Position numbers and translations under genes: made by a program. This document shows positions 16,573 to 25,900 of a stretch of 26,352 bases of DNA, piece by piece. Position 1 is the stretch's first letter. Each line of letters begins with the position of its first letter. The notes under the pieces are model-generated. The model ran no database searches. It was not told the origin of the DNA and saw only the letters and a program-made list of their open reading frames with translations. This stretch comes from a virus (taxonomy: Duplodnaviria > Caudoviricetes). The stretch spans positions 1-26,352 of IMG/VR virus record IMGVR_UViG_3300007539_006571; one strand, given 5' to 3'.

Positions 16573-18378
16573 GTGCCTTTTGATAAGAAAAAGACAGTCC
16601 CAATCAACTATACCAGTAGAGAGTTCGCCACAATCAAGCGTGATCTCGTTTCTTACGCAAAAAGATATTACCCAGACAACTTCCAAGATTTTAGTGAAGC
16701 GTCTTTTGGATCTCTTATGCTGGATACAGTTGCTTATGTAGGAGATATTCTATCTTTCTATGTAGATTATTCAGCAAACGAGGCTTTTCTTGATTCCGCA
16801 ATAGAATATAATAACGTAATCAGATTAGCAAAGCAACTCGGATATAAATATAATGGCATACCAGTATCAAGTGGAGAAGTTACTTTATATCTTCTTGTTC
16901 CATCTGTAACATCTGGCACAGGACCTGATTTAAACTACGCTCCTATCCTAAAAAGAGGCACAAAATTTACATCAGAAGGTGGAACAACATTTACTTTAAA
17001 TGAAGATGTTGATTTTTCAAACCAAAATAATGAAGTAGTAGTCGCTGAAGTTGACTCTTCAACTGGTGTCCCAACAAGATATGCGATAAAAACATATGGT
17101 CAGATTATTTCTGGAGATATAGCAGTAGAATTTGTTGACGTTGGAGAATATCAAAGGTTTCCAAAGTTTCAACTTGCTGGAAATAATATTTCAGAAATCA
17201 TTTCCGTAATTGATAATGAAGGTAATGAATATTATGAAGTAGATTATTTAAGCCAAGATGTTATTTACAGACCAATAGTAAATAACTCAAGCGATAAAAA
17301 TCAAGTTCCATTTATTATGCAACCATATGGTGTTCCAAGAAGATTTATTTCTGAGACTATTGGTGGAGTAACAACTATTCAGTTTGGATATGGCTCTGAA
17401 ACAAACTTAACTAATGAAAAAATCTCTGATCCAAGCAAAGTTGTATTAAGTGTTCACGGTAGAGGATATGTCACAGATCAAAGTTTTGACCCAACCAATC
17501 TGATAGAAACAGACACATTAGGTGTTGCTCCATCAAATACAACTCTTCAAGTTATTTACAGGGTTAATGGGCAAAATAACGTAAACTTGGCAACAAACTC
17601 ATTGGCATCTGCTTCTGACACTCAATACGATTTTGGTAATGTTAATGAACTTGATTCGGATAAAGTTAGAAATGTTGTTTCTTCATTGGAGTTTGAAAAC
17701 GAAAAGCCAATCGTCGGAAACATCAGTGTTCCAAACTCTGAAGAGATTAAATATAGAGCATACGGAAACTACGCATCTCAAAATAGGGCAGTAACAAAAG
17801 AAGATTATGTATCAATGATCTACAATATGCCTCCAAAGTTTGGAGCAGTTAAAAGAGCAAACATTGCCCAAGACTTAAACTCATTTAAAAGAAATATTAA
17901 TTTATATGTTGTATCAGAAGATGTCAACGGATTTTTAACACAATCAACCGATACTTTAAAAAAGAACTTAAAGACTTGGATTACAAACTATAAAATGTTA
18001 AACGACACTATTGACATTATGGACGCAAAAATAGTCAATGTTGGTGTTGAATTTGATGTTGTAGCCGATTCAGATACGAATAAGTTTAAAGTTCTTTCTG
18101 ATGCAACAGAGGCTATCATACAACGAATGACATCAACAAAGTTTAACATATCTGAACCAATAAGATACGGAGATATATTTCAAGCCCTTAAGGAAGTAGA
18201 TGGTTTGCTAGATGTTGTCAAGATAAAAGTAGTGAGAAAATATGGCTCTTTGTATTCATCCGTAGATTTTGATTTGGATAGATATACAACAGCAGATGGA
18301 AGAATGATATTGGCTCCAGAAGATGTTATTTTTGAAATCAAGTTTCCAGATACGGATATAAGAGGAACTGTTAAGTAA
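16573..18378 (+). CDS. Baseplate wedge subunit, T4 gp6 / P2 gpJ-like
   Basis: INYTSREFATIKRDL...FQDFSEAS.G.LMLD..AYVGDILSFY.D...NEAFLDSA...RLAKQLGY N-terminus; IQFG; QNRAVTKEDY. Confidence 0.93.
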   Translation: MPFDKKKTVPINYTSREFATIKRDLVSYAKRYYPDNFQDFSEASFGSLMLDTVAYVGDILSFYVDYSANEAFLDSAIEYNNVIRLAKQLGYKYNGIPVSSGEVTLYLLVPSVTSGTGPDLNYAPILKRGTKFTSEGGTTFTLNEDVDFSNQNNEVVVAEVDSSTGVPTRYAIKTYGQIISGDIAVEFVDVGEYQRFPKFQLAGNNISEIISVIDNEGNEYYEVDYLSQDVIYRPIVNNSSDKNQVPFIMQPYGVPRRFISETIGGVTTIQFGYGSETNLTNEKISDPSKVVLSVHGRGYVTDQSFDPTNLIETDTLGVAPSNTTLQVIYRVNGQNNVNLATNSLASASDTQYDFGNVNELDSDKVRNVVSSLEFENEKPIVGNISVPNSEEIKYRAYGNYASQNRAVTKEDYVSMIYNMPPKFGAVKRANIAQDLNSFKRNINLYVVSEDVNGFLTQSTDTLKKNLKTWITNYKMLNDTIDIMDAKIVNVGVEFDVVADSDTNKFKVLSDATEAIIQRMTSTKFNISEPIRYGDIFQALKEVDGLLDVVKIKVVRKYGSLYSSVDFDLDRYTTADGRMILAPEDVIFEIKFPDTDIRGTVK

Positions 18379-19937
18379 TGGCTATTAAAAGATATATCGC
18401 TACTTCTGATAACACAATCACAGATGCATTTGAAGCAAATCTTGTCACAAGAGGAACAGGCTCCAATATGGGTGCTTCCGATGTATTGGAAGCGTTTTAT
18501 ATCTACGGTCAAGTGTCTTCATCAGCAGGAGTTGATACTGAAAAATCAAGGATTTTAGTTCAGTTTGATACAGATTCTATTAACAATGATAGAACAAGAG
18601 GCTTAATTCCGGCAAGTGGAAATGTATCTTGGTATTTAAATATGTATAATGCTCCTCACGCATTTACTCTTCCTAAAAACTTTACAATGTCTATCTTGGC
18701 TGTGTCATCTTCTTGGCAAGAGGGCGTAGGCTTAGATATGGAAAACTATTCTGATTTAACATATCAGAGCACAGGATCAAACTGGGTAAGAAGAGGGGCT
18801 GCTGGTGACGGATATACAACTTGGACCAGTGAGGGTGGAGACTTTTTGGAAATCTCTCAAATGGTTAGCGCAAGTGGGTTCCCATCCTACACTGCTTCTT
18901 TTGTAGATGGAACAGAAAACGTTTCAGTTGATGTTAGTGATTTAGTAGAAAAGTGGCTTGAAGGGGCAACTACCAATTATGGATTTGCTTTATTAATGTC
19001 TGGAGGATATGAGTCTGGACCAAAATCAAACTATACTAAAAAGTTCTTCGCAAGATCAAGCGAATATTTCTATCTTAGACCAAACTTAGAAGCAAGATGG
19101 GATTCTTCCCAGAAAGATGACACTGGCAACTTTTATCAAAGCAGTTCATTGGCAACTGGAGAAGATAACTTAAATAAGATTTATCTTTACAACTATGTCA
19201 AAGGACAGTTGAAGAGTATACCGGATAACTCTATTCATACAGATACGAATACTATCAATGTTAGTTTATATTCAAACTCTGCTGGTAATGTTTATGATAA
19301 ACTTTCTTTACCAGTTGGTGGAGATGTTGTAGCAGATGGAGATGTTAATGTAACTGGTGGTATTGCTATAGGACCTGCTGGAGCAATAGCAGGTGTATAC
19401 ACAGCATCATTTGCTATGTCTCATTCGTTGTCTGATGTATACGCAGTTTGGCACTATGAAGATCTTATAGCGTATCACACGAGTTCTGCTATAGAAGTCT
19501 TATCACTACAAGCATCTTCACATAACCCAGACCCAGATTATGTAACTAATGTTGATAATCTTAAGCCTTCATATTCAAGAAAAGAAAAGGCAAGATTTAG
19601 ATTATTCATAAGACAGAAAAACTGGAATCCAAATATTTATACAGTCGCACAGGCAGAACTTCCAACAGAGACTGTTGAGGATGCTTATTATAGCGTATAT
19701 CGCATAAGTGATGATTATGTAGTAATTCCATATGGAACTGGTTCATCAGTTTCACCACAATCATCTGGAACACCAGCATCTTACACAAGGTTGTCATATG
19801 ATGTTTCTGGTAACTACTTTGATTTTGATATGAGTTTGTTACAGTCTGGATATGAATATGGAGTTAGATTTGCGTATTATTTGAATAACTCTTATAAAGA
19901 GCAAGAAGAAGTTTTTAAGTTTAGGGTTGAGGAATAA
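18378..19937 (+). CDS. Virion/baseplate protein with DNRLRE (CBM96-like) domain and a beta-rich C-terminal domain
   Basis: DNTI, KSRILVQFD, SWQEG, VDVSDLVEKW, NYGFALL, KFFAR...RPNLEARWD follow the DNRLRE-domain pattern; TAATG overlaps at both ends. Confidence 0.7.
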   Translation: MAIKRYIATSDNTITDAFEANLVTRGTGSNMGASDVLEAFYIYGQVSSSAGVDTEKSRILVQFDTDSINNDRTRGLIPASGNVSWYLNMYNAPHAFTLPKNFTMSILAVSSSWQEGVGLDMENYSDLTYQSTGSNWVRRGAAGDGYTTWTSEGGDFLEISQMVSASGFPSYTASFVDGTENVSVDVSDLVEKWLEGATTNYGFALLMSGGYESGPKSNYTKKFFARSSEYFYLRPNLEARWDSSQKDDTGNFYQSSSLATGEDNLNKIYLYNYVKGQLKSIPDNSIHTDTNTINVSLYSNSAGNVYDKLSLPVGGDVVADGDVNVTGGIAIGPAGAIAGVYTASFAMSHSLSDVYAVWHYEDLIAYHTSSAIEVLSLQASSHNPDPDYVTNVDNLKPSYSRKEKARFRLFIRQKNWNPNIYTVAQAELPTETVEDAYYSVYRISDDYVVIPYGTGSSVSPQSSGTPASYTRLSYDVSGNYFDFDMSLLQSGYEYGVRFAYYLNNSYKEQEEVFKFRVEE

Positions 19938-22900
19938 TGGTAAGACGATCTGATAAAAAAGGCATTGGTAATCTTTTTAAAAAAGGAACCACAGGCTATA
20001 GAGCAACAAAAACAAACAAGGTTTTACCTTCGTCCAGTATGTCCGAAGTCGGTAGAGAGATTGAATCTCCCGGTTATGTTAGATCTTTTCTTAAAGATAA
20101 AGATAGATTTGTTCCAAATGTAGATTATACCAACCCAGCAAACTTCGCAAGATTTGGATCAGCAAGAGAATATTATACAAAAGCAATAGAAAATATTTAT
20201 AGATTTTATCCATACGACGGATCTCAAAAAGAAAAGTTGGATTGGCACAACTCTGCTTCATATTTTGACAACTATATTTTTGAAAATGAATATCCAAGAA
20301 CAAACGGATATATTGAAATCGGTCACGCTTGGGGATCTACATCCGCAACAGTAGATGGAACTGCTTTTGGTGACGTTGTATATAAGAAATCATCAGCACC
20401 ACAATATATTAGTATTAAAGGTGGTCCCAACGGTCCCGCTATTCCAGCATATGCTTCTGGATCTGGCTATGAAAAGCCTATTAGTTATAAGTTCAAAGAA
20501 CAAAAGGCTAATGTATACGATGCTGAAATAAGACAGCAACAAAATCTTACTATTGATGGAACTACTGGTAATACAGTAGAATTCTGGTTAAAACTACAAA
20601 CAGAACCATCTAAGAGTCAAGCATCTCCGGGACACGCTTACTTTGATATTTGGAATGAGTCCTTTGAGTATACTCCCGGATCTTCTCAAACATTCGGAAG
20701 ACTTCTGGTTGAGAGTATCTTTGATGTAGATGGGTCTGGGAATCCAAATGGGGCATATCTTGGTGACAACATATTCTATGTAACATATGCTTCTGGATCA
20801 AGCGGTGTCTTTCGTGCTGGACTTGGTAGCACTGCTCTTAGCGGAACTCTTGGTATTGATTTATCTAACTGGAATCATTATTCTTTTGTGATGAAAAATG
20901 ATCCAACAGGATCAAACTTATCTCTTAAATTATACATCAATGGCAATCTCGCTGAAACAGTTATAACTGGATCTCAAATCGGATCAGTTGATACACTGCC
21001 TCTTAACGCAAATATCGGGGCTTACAGAACAGCACCTACTCCGGGATTATATTTTTCTGGTATGACAACTGACGGTTGGGGGACATTATCTGGATCATAT
21101 ATGGATGAGTTCAGATTTTGGAAGTCTTCAAGAACATCTCAGCAGATTAGAAGATACTGGTTTACACAAGTTGGAGGAGGAACCAACTCTGACTATGGAA
21201 ATACTGATTCAAAGTTTACTGGATCAGAAAATCCTGTTGATTTAGGTGTTTATTATAAGTTCAATGAAGGTATCACAACTACATCCTCGTTAGATGCGGT
21301 AGCATTAGATTATTCTGGTCGTATATCAAACGGTATTATCAAGAACTACTCTACAGGTATGAGATCAACAGGATCTGCTATGGTCTTATCTAATGCGGCA
21401 GAAAGAGAGTTTAAAGATCCAATCGTATATAGCAATCACCCAAATGTTGTTATGTATGAAGAAGAGGCAAGTAATAAAGGTCGTGAATATGATGGAAGAA
21501 ACTCATCATTTATGTTCAATACATTGCCGGGATGGATTATAGATCAAGACGAAGATAGACAAAGAAATACAACGTTGGCATTAACACAGATTATGTCAAG
21601 TTATTTTGATGAACTTTCTTTACAAATAAAAAGTCTTCCACACCTAAAAGACAAAGTATATTTAAGTGGATCTGTTAGTGGTAGCACAAATAAACCTTTA
21701 CCATTTGCTGATAGACTTCTGAAAAGTCACGGATTTATCGCACCTGAAATATTTGCTGATGCTGATTTATTGGAATCTTTGGCTAACAGAGATGATAATA
21801 GAGAGTTTGAAAAGAAATTATCAGACATTAAAAACCAGATATACACAAATATTTACAATAACTTATTGTTTATAAATAAATCTAAAGGAACTGAGAAAGC
21901 AATCAGAAACCTTATTAGATGTTATGGTGTTGATGACGATCTATATTCTTTGAATATGTATGCGGATAATGGTGTCATTAAACTATCAGAATCTGCAAGA
22001 CCTAAAGTTATTAGAAAAACATATGCTGATTTCAACAGCATATTGAACTTTGACGCAACCGTATATCAACATCCAGATCCATCAAACTCTGATTCTGTTT
22101 CATATATTACAGGAAGCACAGATCCAAGTCTGGACGGATTTGATTCCCAGACAGGTATGACATTAGAGGCAGAAGTCATCTTTCCGAAAAAGCCTCTTGC
22201 AGATTCACCCGGATTTTTAGATAAAGCATTTGTTGGTCTTTCTGCTTCTTTGTTCGGTATTCACTCTGCTGTTGAAGATTCAACGGATTATGCTTGGGCT
22301 AATAATGATTATGCCAACTTCCAAGTTTATGCTGTAAGATCATCTGAAACATATCCATCTAATAGAGATGTTCATTTTGTTTTGAGTTCTTCAAATGTCA
22401 ATACATCTACAGAGGGTATATTCACTAAAATTGTCACAGATGTTTATAAAGAAGTTTATGAAAATCAAAAATGGAACTTTGCTGTAAAAGTAAAACCAAG
22501 CAACTATCCAAACATAGGTAAGATTTCTGGATCATTAGACGGCACAGCAGGATATAATGTTGAGTTTTTCGGTGTTTGTACCTTTGGAAATCAAGTTATT
22601 CACCAGTTTAGTCACACAGAATCTATTAGTCAGGCTAATGGATTTGAGTTTGCTACAAATAGAAAGCGTGTTTATGTTGGCTCTCATAGGACAAACTTCA
22701 CTGGTTCTTTGTTGACAAAAACAGATGTAAAGTTGTCGTCTTGTAGATACTGGTCTATACCTTTGGAAAATCAAGAAATCGTTTCTCACGCTGTAGACCC
22801 CAAAAACTTCGGTGTTTTTAACAGTATGGAAAGCAGTTATTTGTTACAAACTGCTCCAACATACCCAAAAGACATAGCAAAAATCAATACTTTGGCATTA

Positions 22901-25900
22901 CATTGGGACTTTGACACGGTTACTGGGTCTGATTCAAACGGTCAGTTTACTGTATTGGACTTCTCTTCTGGGTCAAATGATGGAAGATATGGAACTGAAT
23001 TCTCTGATTTGCTGCTCAAACACCACACTGGTCGTGGAGATTTCTTTAAACCAAGTAGTGAGACAGCAGTTTCAAGGGAATATGTCCAAGGATATAGACA
23101 GCAAGTTCCTGAAAATCTCAATTCTTATACCTCTGTAAATATTTTAAGCAGAGATGATGAGTTATTTACAACAAGAACAAAGCCAATCAAGTTTACATAT
23201 TCTGTAGAAAAGAGTATGTATCAAACCATTTCTGAAGAAATGATTAACTTTATGGCTGCTGCTTCTGATGCTAGTGCTTTAGAGAACCTGATTGGCGATC
23301 CTGTTAACAAATACAGACCAAACTATAAAGCACTTGAAAAAGTAAGAGGCATATTCTTTGAAAGAGTCGGAAATACTCCAGATCTTGACAAATATTTAGA
23401 TTATTTTAAATGGTTAGACAGTGCTGTATCTGAAATGATTGAGAAGTTGGCACCTGCTTCTTCAAGAATAAATGAAGTAGCAAATGTTGTTGAAAGCCAT
23501 CTCTTTGAACGTGGTGGCAAATATTCTCACAAGTTTCCAACAATGCATTTTGGATCTAATGATCCAATCGGAACCATAAAAGGTATTAATGAACTTGTTT
23601 ATGATTGGGAATTCGGACACGCTCCGCTAAACCCATCGGCAGACACAACCAGTGCAACAGGAACAATAACGTTCACTAGTGATACTGACTCTGATTATGA
23701 TGCAATCCAAGTCCAGATTCTTTCTGCTAATGGTGGTTTGCCAGCAGATGGTGACACATACTTGTTCGACTCTGATGGAACAGCGGGTGCAACTGGTACA
23801 GTGATCAGTGGAGTTTATATAATAGTCCAAGTAAATGGAATGACCACCAAAAGTCAAATTGCTCAAGAATTCCAGAATGCTATAAACCACGCAAATGGAC
23901 ATAATCAAGGAACTGCCAATAGTGTAATTACTGTATCTGAGTCTGGTGGAGTTTTAGCATTAACTCAAAACACTGTCGGACCATCTGGAAATACAGCAAT
24001 AACAGTCATAGACTATTTCCACGGAGGAGATAAGGTAATATCTACTGGATTTAGTGGTGGATTAGAATCTAATCAAGATCAAAATTGTTTTTGGTGGAAC
24101 AAGCGAGCCACAAGAGATGATGCAAATCTTGACACAGGGAATCAAGGCGTTGATTTAGACAGAGCGATGATTCACTCTGCCTCAATACAGGTCTTTAATA
24201 GAAAGTTGAACGCTCCGTATAGAATTACAGCCCAAGAAGGTGGTGGAGCATTAAAAACGAAGATAAATATTAGAGAAGTTGTATCAACAGAAACACCTCC
24301 GTTGAATAACAATAAAGGATTAAACTTTAATAGTGCCACTTTCTTAAGTTCATCTTCTTGTTTGGACTTAGATAAGATTAATCCACAAAGAAAATATGAA
24401 ACAGATTATCAAGTAACGTTCAGAGACAATAATACATCAATGCTTCCGGGTAAGTTGTTGGGGAACTACAACTTTATTTCGTCTTCAATCAACGCAAATA
24501 GTCCACTAATTCCAGATGGATACATAGTAGACACACAACATCTAAGAGATTATTACAATATAAACAAAGATGTTCCATTACAGGGACCATTCACAGAACA
24601 GCACGTTGGTGGAAGCGCATATCGTCACACTGGCTTGAATATCGGTGTTGTAACTGAAAGACCAGAGAAGTATGTTGTTAATACATCTATAGATTCTGAC
24701 GGAAATATTCAATATAGTGTAGTAAATCCTTCTTTTAACGATGTAAATGCCCCAAGAGCAGATTATAGAAGAGATTTAGTAAGCAAAAGTCCTGTAAATA
24801 TTAAAAATATACAGACAAATACATCTTCTATTCAAGATGAGTATGGTGCTTTGGTCCCTCACGGTAACTTTGTCAACAACTATGAAGTTGTTCAGATTCC
24901 GGGAAGAGACATTAATAACAGATATTTAGCAGAAAACGGTGGTGTTGACACTACTTTCTCTGCGTCTCCTGTTGTTCTTGGGCTGGAAGACTATGCAGTT
25001 CCAGATAGGGGAAGACACGCAAGCATTATTGCTAATAGATTCTCTGCTCCGGGTGGACCAGAAGTGAACAGTCCCGGTTATCTTGATGCAGAATCTGAAA
25101 CTTTCTCTGTTTATAACGCTCTCCCATTTAGAAACTTGTCTGTTAGACAGCCTTTGAAGACTTTGTTAACAAGACACTCTGCGTTTGGTGGATATGACAG
25201 CGTTTATGGCGATCCATCTGCTTCGTATCAAAAGACACAAAGAAATGGAGCGAAAAGAATATTGAGCAGCAGTGCTGGACCGAGAGTTGACAATTCTGGA
25301 TTTTCAACTGCTTCTGTTTATGACAACTATTGGGTTCAACACGCAATCCCACAAAGCGATTTACAATATGCTTGGATTACAGCATCTGCTGTTTCTGCTC
25401 CGTTTGGATATTCTGAACCAGATTTTACCAATGCAAGTCAAGCATCAACAGATATTTTGTTTGTTACAGAGAGCCAACACGCAGCAATCCTTAGTGGGTT
25501 CGGAGGTGCTACCTATTATCACTTGTTTGGATTATCTGAACAAGCAGAATATTCCAATGAAGGAAGAACACCAGTAGATTTTGTTGGCTTAAATAGTATT
25601 GTTTTAACAGATTTAACATCATCAGATAATACTGTCGGAGCATCCTTAAATACAGACTTCGTTAAAGATGGGTTTGTATTTGAACCTTCATTTACGTTTA
25701 GTAAAAAGGGGCGTATAGGTAGGTCTTCTTTCTTAAATGCAATCAACTTAAATAGAAACGGCGCAGGTGGGTTCTCATCTTGGAAGCAAGTAAGACAGTC
25801 TTACAATCCTCTTGTAAGACATATGAATAAGACAAACAATATTAACTTTGTTACAGAAAATAATGTCATTGAACCCGGAACAGGCAAGAATGTTACTATT

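Noticed and set aside
5912-19937. Bacterial contractile injection system (eCIS, tailocin, T6SS) beside a chromosomal O-antigen locus
   Set aside because: T4-style long gp6, gp55-like sigma, giant virion proteins, minimal intergenic space, and no flippase, polymerase or housekeeping genes favour a phage. Head genes are outside the window, so this is not formally proven.
95-25746. All other minus-strand ORFs and short alternative-frame plus-strand ORFs in the track (e.g. 8479-8682, 16541-16741, 22911-23138, 25272-25577)
   Set aside because: Each lies within or largely overlaps a well-supported + strand gene; those after 19937 fall inside the unlisted giant ORF.
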